From assembly GCA_049608025.1 (NCBI GenBank), contig JBMYXC010000013.1: a stretch of 64,000 nt of DNA. One strand, written 5' to 3'. Under the pieces are notes generated by a model. That model searched no databases. It was not told the DNA's origin and was given only the letters and a program-made list of their open reading frames with translations. Shown one piece after another: positions 10,343-19,498 of this stretch; the first letter of the stretch is position 1, and each line of letters starts with the position of its first letter. Made by a program: the position numbers and the translations under genes. This DNA comes from Mycobacterium sp. Lineage in GTDB: Bacteria; Actinomycetota; Actinomycetes; Mycobacteriales; Mycobacteriaceae.

Positions 10343-10573
10343 GCGGAGCGTTCGATGTCGGTTACCAGTGCGGGGGTACGCAAAACCCCGGTTTCGAGAG
10401 GTCGTGCTGCGCGCGCGGTGTGCAGGTGCGACGGACACCCCTTGATCGGTAGGTGCGGGCCCATCTGGTGTACTGGTTCGGTTGAGGGGGTTCCTGAACG
10501 GAGATTTCGGTTTCGCTGAAGCCGAAGGCAATTTGTCGAAGAATCCATTCTGAGTTAAAGGAAGGTTCTGCTA

Positions 10574-11113
10574 GTGGTGACCAAAAAGCGGGCGGCATCA
10601 ATTGTCTTATTGTCGATGACGGCTGTTTTTCCCGCAGTAACACTGTCGGCGCCAACCGCTGAAGCCGAATATTGCGAGTATCCCGCTGTCGGCATTGCCG
10701 CGAACGTGATTGCCGGGAGGGGTTCCTTCTGCAATTTTCCCACCGAGATCAATGGCAGCCACTTGCACTGTGAGTTCGGCAGTTTCGGTTTCGGCGGTGG
10801 GGACTCAGGTAGCTTGGACATGAGTGGCGTCGGCGTTGGCGGAGCGAGTTGTTCCTGGAGATGCCCTGATAACACGCCCGCACCGGCACCGAATCCTCCC
10901 GGCGCGTGGAAGGACTACATGGTCCCTCAGCCGAATGCCTGTGCAGACCATATGGAACCGGCTGGGCCTTTTTCTGAGCCGGTGCGTCTCGACGAAGGGG
11001 TTCCGCCCGAGGGCGGTAACCCCGCTCTCCCTGGACCGGCTGAATTGCCGGAAACGCCAGAAATAGCACCGGGCGAACCCGATTCATTAGCACCGGAATC
11101 CCCTAATCCATAA
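10574..11113 (+). CDS. Secreted Cys-containing, Pro-rich hypothetical protein
   Basis: SD AAGGAAGG at 10558-10565; signal-peptide-like KKRAASIVLLSMTAVFPAVTLSAPTAEA (AxA site); six Cys in the mature part; Pro/Glu-rich tail. Confidence 0.75.
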   Translation: MVTKKRAASIVLLSMTAVFPAVTLSAPTAEAEYCEYPAVGIAANVIAGRGSFCNFPTEINGSHLHCEFGSFGFGGGDSGSLDMSGVGVGGASCSWRCPDNTPAPAPNPPGAWKDYMVPQPNACADHMEPAGPFSEPVRLDEGVPPEGGNPALPGPAELPETPEIAPGEPDSLAPESPNP

Positions 11114-11253
11114 AGCTCGTACTAATAGTTGAACGTCTTAATGGTTGAACACGGTGCTCTGGTGGCGAGTGTCGGTTGTTTTGTTGACGTGGCTTCGAAA
11201 GGAACAGCGTGCGGATACTAGTGGCGCCCTTACGCCCAGGTAACGTTTGCGCC

Positions 11254-11718
11254 ATGTCGGAACTCAAAGCACGGCTACGTGCAGATCTCACCGCGGCGAT
11301 GAAATCGCAGGACAAGTTGCGAACTGCGACGCTGCGGATGTTGTTGTCGGCGATCCAGACCGAAGAGGTGTCGGGCAAGTCCGCGCGTGACCTTTCCGAC
11401 AACGAAGTTGTCAAAGTGCTCGCTCGCGAATCGAAGAAGCGCGTCGAGTCGGCCGAGATCTACACCCAGAACGGCCGCGGCGAACTGGCCGCCACCGAAC
11501 ACGCCGAGTTGCGGGTCATCGACGAGTACCTGCCGACACCGCTCACCGACGCCGAAGTGGCAGATGTGGCCGACACCGCGATCGCTCAGGTCGCCGAGGA
11601 CATCGGGGAACGGCCGGGCATGCGACAGATGGGGCAGGTGATGAAGGCGGCCACCGCGATCGCGGCCGGCAAGGCTGACGGCGCCCGCCTGTCCGCGGCG
11701 GTCAAGGAGAGGCTTTAG
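11254..11718 (+). CDS. GatB/YqeY domain protein
   Basis: MSELKARLRADLTAAMKSQDK..LRMLLSAI..EE, K.R.ES.E.Y...GR.ELA..E..E..VI.EYLP, MGQVMK; -10 TAACGT lies 7 nt before the ATG. Confidence 0.93.
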   Translation: MSELKARLRADLTAAMKSQDKLRTATLRMLLSAIQTEEVSGKSARDLSDNEVVKVLARESKKRVESAEIYTQNGRGELAATEHAELRVIDEYLPTPLTDAEVADVADTAIAQVAEDIGERPGMRQMGQVMKAATAIAAGKADGARLSAAVKERL

Positions 11719-11740
11719 CCGGGATCGGTCCGTCACCCAG

Positions 11741-12520
11741 CTATAACCGCCAGAGGGCTTCCTGGGTGGTGCTGGCGATCAGCGAACCTGACGAGGCGTA
11801 GATTGCGCCGGCGACCAGGCCGCGGGAGTCGCTGGAGTTGAGTTGGTGCACCTCGTAGCGGTGCCAGTCGTGCGGAATGAACGGCCGGTGGAACCACACG
11901 GAGTGATCCAGGCTGGCGGCGAAACCGAGGTGGGGCCGAATCGGTGTGCCCGGCGGCCGTGCGACGGGCACCGGACCGAAGTCGGACATGAACGTCAGCG
12001 TGCAGGCCCGGATCAGGGCGTCGTCCTCGATATGTTCGCGGGTCCTGATCCAGAACGGCGGTACTGCGAAGGCCGACGTGTCGGCGGGTCCGGTGCGGAC
12101 TTCGAACAGCGCGGCGAAATCGGTGGCCGGGGGCTTTGGCTTCGCGTCGTCGAACGGCACGCTCGGTGCCACGTCGGGATGCTGGTCGGCACCTGGCTCA
12201 GGTCGGTGAAAGGACGCGATCATTTCGAGGATTACGGCGCCGTGCTGGGTAGCGGTCACCCGCCGGGTGTCGAACGATCGGCCGTCGCGGGTGCGTTCCA
12301 CCTTCAGTTCCACGTCGGCGCCGTACTTCCCGCCGCGAACGAAATAGAGGTGCAGCGACTGCGGCAGCTTGTCGGAGTCGACCGTTGCTCCCGCGGTCGC
12401 AAGTGCCTGTGCGGCGATCAGACCCCCGAACAATCGATCGCCGGGACCGCCGGTGGGTTGGGGCACCACGAACGCATCGCCGTCGCGCCGGAAGTGCAAC
12501 AGCTCCGCTATCCAGGACAT
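11741..12520 (-). CDS. Acyl-CoA thioesterase II (TesB family)
   Basis: RLFGGLIAAQAL, SLHLYF.RGG, RDGRSF.TRRV.A.Q.G, FMSDFG, ASLDHSVWFH, QEAL; -10 TAGGAT lies 8 nt before the ATG. Confidence 0.9.
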   Translation of the reverse strand: MSWIAELLHFRRDGDAFVVPQPTGGPGDRLFGGLIAAQALATAGATVDSDKLPQSLHLYFVRGGKYGADVELKVERTRDGRSFDTRRVTATQHGAVILEMIASFHRPEPGADQHPDVAPSVPFDDAKPKPPATDFAALFEVRTGPADTSAFAVPPFWIRTREHIEDDALIRACTLTFMSDFGPVPVARPPGTPIRPHLGFAASLDHSVWFHRPFIPHDWHRYEVHQLNSSDSRGLVAGAIYASSGSLIASTTQEALWRL

Positions 12521-12643
12521 CGGTCGAGATCCTATCGATCGAGGGGACGGTTCCGGCGCCTCGAGACATCGAGAAGCCCAACAACGCCGCAGCTCCGCCA
12601 AGAACGCCGCGGCTCCGCCGGGAACGCCGTAGCGTCGTCACGC

Positions 12644-13507
12644 ATGTGCCGCCTATTTGGCCTACACGCGGGTCGCAATGTGGTGACGGCGAGCTTCTGG
12701 CTGCTGGATGCCGCCGATAGTCTCGCCGCTCAGAGCAAGCGCAACCCGGACGGCGCCGGGATTGGGGTTTTCGGCGCCACCGGTGAGCCGGTGCTGGACA
12801 AGCAACCGATCGCGGCCTGGAAGGACGCCCAGTTCGCGGCCGAGGCGAAGAGCTTGAGCGGTACGACTTTCCTGGCTCATGTGCGGTATGCGACGACCGG
12901 CAATCTCGACGTACGCAATACCCACCCTTTCCTGCAGGATGGCCGGCTATTCGCGCACAACGGGGTGGTGGAGGGGATAGACACGCTCGATGCGCGGCTT
13001 GCCCAGCAGGGCGTGGCAGGTCTGGTGGCCGGCCAGACCGACAGCGAACGGGTGTTCGCGCTGGTCACCTCGGCAGTCAGGGCGCGTGGGGGCGACGTGG
13101 GGGCGGGGCTTACCGACGCCGTGAAGTGGTTGGCCGCCAATGTTCCCATCTTCGCCCTGAACGTGCTGCTCGCCGATGCCACCGATATGTGGGCCCTGCG
13201 TTACCCGGATACCCATGAGCTCTATATCTTGAATCGGCACCGCGGCCTGACCGAATTCGAGATGCAGACCCCGCGGATCCACGCCAGCTCCGGGCAACTG
13301 AACACGCGGCCGTCGGTGGTGTTCGCCAGTGAGCCCATGGATGACGACCCCGGCTGGCAGCTCCTGGACCCCGGGGTGCTTGTGCACGTGGATGCGTCGC
13401 TGGCGGTGACGACATCGATGATCTTGCCGGATCCGCCCGCGCATCAGCTGACTTTGGCGGACCTCTCGGGGCGGGCGGCCGCGGCGCAGGGCGCCGAAGC
13501 TGGATGA
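12644..13507 (+). CDS. Class II glutamine amidotransferase (Ntn hydrolase, EgtC/YafJ-like)
   Basis: Starts MCRLFG (nucleophilic Cys2); NPDGAG, AHVRYAT.G...RNTHPF, FAHNG, GQTDSE. Confidence 0.92.
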   Translation: MCRLFGLHAGRNVVTASFWLLDAADSLAAQSKRNPDGAGIGVFGATGEPVLDKQPIAAWKDAQFAAEAKSLSGTTFLAHVRYATTGNLDVRNTHPFLQDGRLFAHNGVVEGIDTLDARLAQQGVAGLVAGQTDSERVFALVTSAVRARGGDVGAGLTDAVKWLAANVPIFALNVLLADATDMWALRYPDTHELYILNRHRGLTEFEMQTPRIHASSGQLNTRPSVVFASEPMDDDPGWQLLDPGVLVHVDASLAVTTSMILPDPPAHQLTLADLSGRAAAAQGAEAG

Positions 13508-13593
13508 CCTCCTCCCGGGGCACGCACCCGGCTCCTGGAACACGGCGCAGTTCGGGCGTACCGCACAGCACCGGACAGGCGGGGGTCTCCCAA

Positions 13594-15564
13594 TCAGGCC
13601 GCGGCCGGTGCTGGCACCCCGATCAGATATCCCTGCACCTGATCGACCCCCAGTTCGATGAGCCGAGTTAAAGTCTCGGCATTCTCGACGCCCTCGGCCG
13701 TGGTGACCAGCCCGAATTCCTTGGCGATGCGGACGATGATCTTCACCACCGATTCGTCTCGCTCGTTCGTCAGGAGGCCGCGAACGAAACTGATGTCAAT
13801 CTTCAGACTGTGCAGAGCAATCCTGCGCAGCTCGGTGAATGTGCCAAACCCAGTGCCGAAGTCGTCAAGGGCCACTTGGCATCCCAACAATTTCATCTCG
13901 TCTGAGAAGCGTTCGGCGATGTCCAGCGATGCCAGCGCGGCATGCTCGGTGATCTCGAAGGAAACCCGCCCGGTGAGATCACCCGCCCGCCGGAGTTCGC
14001 GGGTGATCGCGTCCATTGTCGACCGATCGCCGATGGAGTTGGCCGAAAGATTGACTGCGACATGACGGCCGGCCTGTGCCAACTCGATGCCCCGAGCCAC
14101 CATGAACTTGTCGATGAGTGGCATCATGCCGAACAGCTGTGCTTGCGGCAGGAAGCTGTCGGGAGCCATCACTTCGCCGTCGGACCCGACTAACCGGACG
14201 AGCAGTTCTTCTTCGATCAACATTGCCGTGCGCGCATCGACGATCGGCTGAGCGTATGCGACAAGGCGTCCATCGCTCATCGCCCGTGAAAGGAAATCTT
14301 CGAACTCAAGTTGTTCACGCAAGCGGTTTTCCAGGCGCTTACGCTCAGTGATGTCGGTGCTGATCATGCCGATCCCGGTGATCTGGCCCTGCCCGCTGTC
14401 GACCGGGAACACCTGGGCATCGACGGTCAACCGCTTACCGTCCATAGTCGCTTCGTGCTCGAACCTCGTGCTCTGACCGCCCAACGCACGCTCGTCGGCG
14501 TCCCCCAACTCCGCCAGCACATCCGACGGAAGCAACGCGTCTGCGGTTCGGCCCAAGACCTCGCCCGGATCATTGACGTCGACGAGGTCACAAAACGCTT
14601 GGTTGACGAGTTCGTAATGATGTTCACAGTCTCGTATCGAGATAGCACTGGGAACATTTGCCACTATCAATCGGATTCGCTCTTGGGCTTCCAATAGACG
14701 TTTCTGCTCCTGCTGGATCAGGTAGAAGGTGCCCACGCCGACGAGGATGGTGCTTACCGCTATCGCCAGGGCCCACGCCACATCGTCGCTCAGGCCGAGG
14801 TTCAGGAATGCCGCTCGTGACAACCCGATGAGGGTGGGAGGCCCGGCGAGGATGCCGACCATCTGAACCAGTGTCTTCCGATCGGGTCGGGCCAGCAGCC
14901 AGGCGAGCGGATTGCGGTCTGCGCGAGTCGCGAATGCAGCAGTTACCAGCAGCATCATGGCGGTAGCCGTCGAGATTCCCATGCCGGCTGATCGCGTGGC
15001 ACTGACGAGCGACAGAGATTCAAATATGTAGCTCGCGACGATGAAGTCCGGCAGGGCCGTCGCGGCCAGAAGGCTGAGCGTCCATGCCGCCGGGGCCCAC
15101 CGACGATCCAGACGGGTAAGCCCAACTGCCAGTGACAGCAGCAGCACCGAGGATGCCGTCTGGGGGCTGGGACGGCCAAGCAGGTACGGTTGCGCCGCTC
15201 GCACCGTTTCGGAGAACCACAGCTGATCCAGGCCGAACGAACTACCGGTCGCGTGCTCTGCGAGAAACACCAAGGCCAAGGCGCCGGCCGCTGCGGCCAA
15301 ACCGCACCCGACACCCACCCGGGCGCGTGACGGGCGCCCTGACTGCGCCAGGATCGCGATCCCCAACACCGCCACGAGCACGGCAGACCACGGCGCCATC
15401 GGTGGCCAGGACGAAAAGAACCGTGTCAACCGGTCGATGCCGGTCGCCCAGCCCAGCCAATTCGCCACTGCGATGACGAGCACCACACCGACGGCGGCGC
15501 GCGGCCACCACGCCAGCACCGCTTCCAATCGCCCAGGAGGGTGATTGGCGAAAGCCTCGGGCAC
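13594..15564 (-). CDS. Membrane protein with PAS domain and EAL phosphodiesterase domain (no GGDEF)
   Basis: Multiple TM helices; PAS/PAC ending DITERKR; EAL domain with QPIV, ELL.R, VNLS, EITE, DDFGTG, KID, EGVE, QGY; SD GGGGAGG 7 nt before the GTG. Confidence 0.92.
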   Translation of the reverse strand: MPEAFANHPPGRLEAVLAWWPRAAVGVVLVIAVANWLGWATGIDRLTRFFSSWPPMAPWSAVLVAVLGIAILAQSGRPSRARVGVGCGLAAAAGALALVFLAEHATGSSFGLDQLWFSETVRAAQPYLLGRPSPQTASSVLLLSLAVGLTRLDRRWAPAAWTLSLLAATALPDFIVASYIFESLSLVSATRSAGMGISTATAMMLLVTAAFATRADRNPLAWLLARPDRKTLVQMVGILAGPPTLIGLSRAAFLNLGLSDDVAWALAIAVSTILVGVGTFYLIQQEQKRLLEAQERIRLIVANVPSAISIRDCEHHYELVNQAFCDLVDVNDPGEVLGRTADALLPSDVLAELGDADERALGGQSTRFEHEATMDGKRLTVDAQVFPVDSGQGQITGIGMISTDITERKRLENRLREQLEFEDFLSRAMSDGRLVAYAQPIVDARTAMLIEEELLVRLVGSDGEVMAPDSFLPQAQLFGMMPLIDKFMVARGIELAQAGRHVAVNLSANSIGDRSTMDAITRELRRAGDLTGRVSFEITEHAALASLDIAERFSDEMKLLGCQVALDDFGTGFGTFTELRRIALHSLKIDISFVRGLLTNERDESVVKIIVRIAKEFGLVTTAEGVENAETLTRLIELGVDQVQGYLIGVPAPAAA

Positions 15565-15656
15565 GTCATCGCCTCCCCGGTGTCAGGCCGAAAGTATCGG
15601 GATTCCGCCAACCAGGTTGTTCTTGTCCAATCTACGTCGACTGTTCTGCTTCCTCG

Positions 15657-16817
15657 CTAACGCCGCGATTTTTTGGCCTCCTTTTCCGCGGCGTGGTCCT
15701 CGATCGCCTTGCCGATCGCATGAGCGGCACGGTCGATGAACTCGGTCCCGCTTGCGGTCACCCAATCGCTGGACGCGGCCGGAGCCGCGAGTTGGCCGGT
15801 GAAATGTGGCATCACGTATTGCGCGAAGAGTTCGTAGCTGCGCAGTTTCGCGGCGGGCGGCGCCCAGTCATGGTCGAAGAGAAGAAAGGCGCCGAAGCCG
15901 CCGTCGCTGGCGTCGACGAGTTCGGAGATCTTGGCGATCGCGTCTTCTGGGGTGCCGATCACCGCGAAGCCGGATGCCCGGTTGTTCGCGATGATCTCTG
16001 ACGGTGTGTCTCCCTGTACCGGCCCTGCGGGCAGGATGTGGCTGAAATAGCGTGAGAATTCAGCGATTCCGTACTCAACATCGCGTTCGGCCTGCTCGCG
16101 GGTTTCGGCAATGTGCATCGGACCGACGAGCCGCCACTTCGACCGGTCGGCGACGTGGCCGTGCTCACGGGCGACCTCCTCCCACGTCTTCCAATGCTGG
16201 GCAAGCAGATCCATGCCCTGTTTCGCGGTCGCCGCGATCGACAACATGCCCACGCCGTGGGTGCCTGCTCCCCGGGGCCCGGTGGGGGAGAACGACGCGG
16301 CGACGGCCACGTCGAAACACGGTTGGCTGTAGGGCTTCAGCTGCAAGCGTGCGTCCTGGAGGGTGAACCCGTCGGTGTGCATGGTGACCGTCTCGCCACG
16401 CAGCAGTCGCATGATCGCGTCGAGGCACTGCTCCATTCGCGGCCTCTGCTCGTCGGCGGGGATTCCCAGCATGTGCGCATCAGAGGTGAGTTGTCCTGGC
16501 CCGCAGCCGAGCATGGCCCGGCCGCGGGTGAGGTGGTCGAGCAGAACCATGCGATCAGCGAGCATCAAGGGGTTGTGATAGGGCAGGGAGCTCACGCCCG
16601 TACCGAGCTTGATGTGCTTGGTGCGCTCCGCTGCCACGGCTATGACGACCTCCGGCGAAGCGATGATCTCGAACCCGGCGGAGTGGTGCTCGCCGATCCA
16701 CGCTTCGTCGAAGCCCAGGCGGTCCATGGCGACGATCAGCTCCAGATCTCGCTCGATGGCCAGTGTTGGGTTCTGTCCGACCGGATGGAAGGGAGCTATG
16801 AAGTTTCCGAAGCGCAT
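15657..16817 (-). CDS. Luciferase-like (LLM class) flavin-dependent monooxygenase
   Basis: MRFGNFIAPFH, GFDEAWIGEHHS, IKLGTGVSSLPYHNP, LDHLTRGR..LG.GPG.L.SDA. Confidence 0.92.
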   Translation of the reverse strand: MRFGNFIAPFHPVGQNPTLAIERDLELIVAMDRLGFDEAWIGEHHSAGFEIIASPEVVIAVAAERTKHIKLGTGVSSLPYHNPLMLADRMVLLDHLTRGRAMLGCGPGQLTSDAHMLGIPADEQRPRMEQCLDAIMRLLRGETVTMHTDGFTLQDARLQLKPYSQPCFDVAVAASFSPTGPRGAGTHGVGMLSIAATAKQGMDLLAQHWKTWEEVAREHGHVADRSKWRLVGPMHIAETREQAERDVEYGIAEFSRYFSHILPAGPVQGDTPSEIIANNRASGFAVIGTPEDAIAKISELVDASDGGFGAFLLFDHDWAPPAAKLRSYELFAQYVMPHFTGQLAAPAASSDWVTASGTEFIDRAAHAIGKAIEDHAAEKEAKKSRR

Positions 16818-16948
16818 CCGCCACATCCTGCCCCCAGATTGCTGCTACCGGGTCATTTTGCCCGGATGAACTCCGTAGCGGTGAATTGTTATCTGGGAGA
16901 ACGCATCTCGGGATGCACGTGTTTTCTGCGACAGGGATTCCACGCCCC

Positions 16949-17857
16949 TCAGTCGCGGAGCCGCACCAGTCGCGTCGTCGAACTCTCATCCAGTTCCACC
17001 ACATCGGATCGGGAGCGCAGGAAATCGCTGAAGGACTTGAAGCCCAGAGACTTTTCGCTGAACGATGGGTCCATCCGCTTCATTTGCGCCTTCACCGCGG
17101 AGTTGTGCAGCCAGTCGGCGTCGTCTTTCTCCAGGCCGATTCGCAGTGCGCGGGTGAGCAGACCGGTCGCGGCGGCCTGCGGATCCGGCGGCTCGGGCTC
17201 GCCGGTGATTTCGGGCTCCGCGGCCTTGGTCCGGCTGGAACGTCTTTTTGGTGTGGGTTTCTCCTCGGCTGCGTCGCCGGGGCCGGGAATGGGCTCGAAC
17301 ACCGGGACGCCGGGCAGCGCATCGTAGGTGACGAACTCGTCGCAGGCCGCCGCAAGCATGCGACTCGATGATCCGGCCACCCCGATACCCACCACGTAGC
17401 GGCCGAGGCGCTTGCACCGCTGGGCCAGCGCGATGTAGTCGGAGTCGCCGGCGACGATCACCACGTGCGTCAGGTCGGGCAACCGGAACATGTCTTCGAC
17501 CGCATCAACGGCCAGTCGGATGTCGGCCCCGTTCTTGCCATATGCCGCCGCCGGAAACAGCTGCACCAGATCGACCGCACGCCCCACCAGTTGCCCGCGG
17601 TATCCGGCATTGACCTCAGCGGACCAGTCGGCATAGGCGCGAGTCAGCACCAACGTGCCGAACGATGACGCAAAGTCGATGATCGCTCCGACATCGACGG
17701 TGGCAGGAGTGAGTCGGCCGGGGTCGTCGGCCAAGCCCTTCGCCTTGTCTTTCTGGAAGGAGTTGCGGCCGTTCACCTGGTCGTACCGCGAGATCACAAT
17801 GTTGTCGAAGTCGAGGTACACCGCAACGAGGGTCGCGCCGGATTCCGTCATGGCCAT
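16949..17857 (-). CDS. NYN domain protein with C-terminal OST-HTH/LOTUS domain
   Basis: VYLDFDN, RAYADW, KNGADIRLAVDA, VAGDSDY (PIN-like acidic residues); C-terminal VKAQMKRMDPSFSEKSLGFKSFSDFL. Confidence 0.9.
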   Translation of the reverse strand: MAMTESGATLVAVYLDFDNIVISRYDQVNGRNSFQKDKAKGLADDPGRLTPATVDVGAIIDFASSFGTLVLTRAYADWSAEVNAGYRGQLVGRAVDLVQLFPAAAYGKNGADIRLAVDAVEDMFRLPDLTHVVIVAGDSDYIALAQRCKRLGRYVVGIGVAGSSSRMLAAACDEFVTYDALPGVPVFEPIPGPGDAAEEKPTPKRRSSRTKAAEPEITGEPEPPDPQAAATGLLTRALRIGLEKDDADWLHNSAVKAQMKRMDPSFSEKSLGFKSFSDFLRSRSDVVELDESSTTRLVRLRD

Positions 17858-17984
17858 AGTTTGGTCGATCAGCGCCCCGATAGGCCTCGGTCGGCTGCGA
17901 TTCCCTCAAGTCAGCCCGCGGCGCTGCCGGTCGGCGCAACATGGGAACCGACACCGCAAGCACGTGGAGAGGTGCGTTCGCAGG

Positions 17985-19415
17985 GTGAGCAGTGCTCCGA
18001 CAGGTCTCGAGCCGACCAGACATACCGTGCTGGCCGAGGCGGACAGCGGCGCCTATCACTCGCTGCGGCAACGGCCGGTTACCCGCGCCGAGCGCTATGC
18101 GCTCGGCAAGGGCCTGCGACAACGAGTGCCGCGGCGATCGCTGGCGGAATGGGCGCCGCCGCCGAACCGGCCGGATCCCATCCAGCTCATCAACATCAGT
18201 CATCGTGGTCGCCTGGACCGGCTGATCCCGATTCGGGTGGGCCGAATGGTCGCCTCCCCGTACGGCTTTCTGCGAGGCACCGCGGTGGTCATGGCCGACG
18301 ATGTGGCGGGCCTGCCGTCGACCGGGATCACGCCGGTGGTTTGCGGCGATTCACACCTGGGCAACTTCGGCTTTTACGCATCGCCGCAACGTGACCTGGT
18401 GATCGACCTCAACGACTTCGACGAAGCGCACCCGGGTGGTTGGGAGTGGGACCTGCGGCGGTTGGTGGCCAGCATCTGGGTCGCGGGACGCCAGAACGGT
18501 GCAGGCGAGGACGAGTGCGCAGCAGCGGTGCGCTCCTGCGTCTCGGCGTACCGGGTGGAAGTGCGCCGGCTGGCCGAAGAGCCGCTGTTTTCGCGCTCTT
18601 TCACCCGGCTGGACGTCGACCGGTTGGCCGGTGAGACGGCGGGGCCGCTGGCCGACGAAGTGCGGCGGTCGGCCAAGCGTGCGCGCAACCGCACCAGCGA
18701 CCGTGCGCTACCCAGATTCACCCAGGAGGTCGACGGCATCCGCAGGATCGTCGAAGAGCCACCGTTGATCACGCGGGTGCCTTGGCGCGAAGCCGACGCC
18801 CTGGCCGAGGCGCTCGACGACTATCTGCAGACACTTTCCACGCACTGGCGCCGCGTACTGGGCGGCTACACCCTGCTCGATGTCGCGCACAAGGTGGTCG
18901 GGGTGGGCAGCGTCGGTTTGCGCGCGTATGTGGCTCTGCTGGAAGGCTCTTCGGCCGAGGATGTGGTTTTCCTGCAACTCAAGCAAGCTCGCCGCTCGGT
19001 GCTGGCGCGCTATGTGCACGGCGAGTCCGCCTTGCACGCGCATCAGGGCCAGCGGGTTGTTGAGTACCAACAAGCGCTGCAGACGGTCAGCGACCCGCTG
19101 TTGGGTTGGACGACCGTGGATGGGTTGCAGTACTACGTGCGCCAGTTTCGCAACATGAAGGGCACGATCCCGCTGGATGCCATGGACCCCAAGGCGCTGA
19201 TCGACTACGCGGGCGTGGTCGGTCAACTGCTGGCCAAAGGTCATGCGCGGACCAGCGGTGCCTCGATGATCGCCGGTTATCTCGGCCACTCAGAACGGGT
19301 GGACGACGCACTGTGCCTGTTCGCGCGTCGTTACGCCGACCAAACCGAAGCTGACCACGCGGCGTTGGTGGCGGCTGTCGATATCGGGAGGTTGCCGGTC
19401 GAGCGCGGAGTCTAG
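17985..19415 (+). CDS. DUF2252 family protein
   Basis: GTG at 17985 after GGAGAGG; LIPIRVGRMVASPYGFLRG.A.VMA.D, CGDSHLGNFG, DLNDFDEA..G.WEWDLRRL, GVGSVG, YVRQF. Confidence 0.9.
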   Translation: MSSAPTGLEPTRHTVLAEADSGAYHSLRQRPVTRAERYALGKGLRQRVPRRSLAEWAPPPNRPDPIQLINISHRGRLDRLIPIRVGRMVASPYGFLRGTAVVMADDVAGLPSTGITPVVCGDSHLGNFGFYASPQRDLVIDLNDFDEAHPGGWEWDLRRLVASIWVAGRQNGAGEDECAAAVRSCVSAYRVEVRRLAEEPLFSRSFTRLDVDRLAGETAGPLADEVRRSAKRARNRTSDRALPRFTQEVDGIRRIVEEPPLITRVPWREADALAEALDDYLQTLSTHWRRVLGGYTLLDVAHKVVGVGSVGLRAYVALLEGSSAEDVVFLQLKQARRSVLARYVHGESALHAHQGQRVVEYQQALQTVSDPLLGWTTVDGLQYYVRQFRNMKGTIPLDAMDPKALIDYAGVVGQLLAKGHARTSGASMIAGYLGHSERVDDALCLFARRYADQTEADHAALVAAVDIGRLPVERGV

Positions 19416-19486
19416 CTTCGGGCTGCGCCACCGCACGCCGCGGCGCCACGCCGATTCATGGGCGGGGGAGCCGTGCGGCCGTCGGC

Positions 19487-19492
19487 TACATT
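19487..19492 (+). promoter_or_regulatory. -10 hexamer TACATT for leaderless resolvase-GGDEF gene
   Basis: TANNNT 6 nt before the ATG at 19499. Confidence 0.5.
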
Positions 19493-19498
19493 TCACCA

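Noticed and set aside
10237-10548. Integrase remnant convergent on ssrA
   Set aside because: None of the reverse frames shows R-H-R-H-Y tyrosine-recombinase motifs; only a short GQNVPT-like stretch appears, bounded by a stop.
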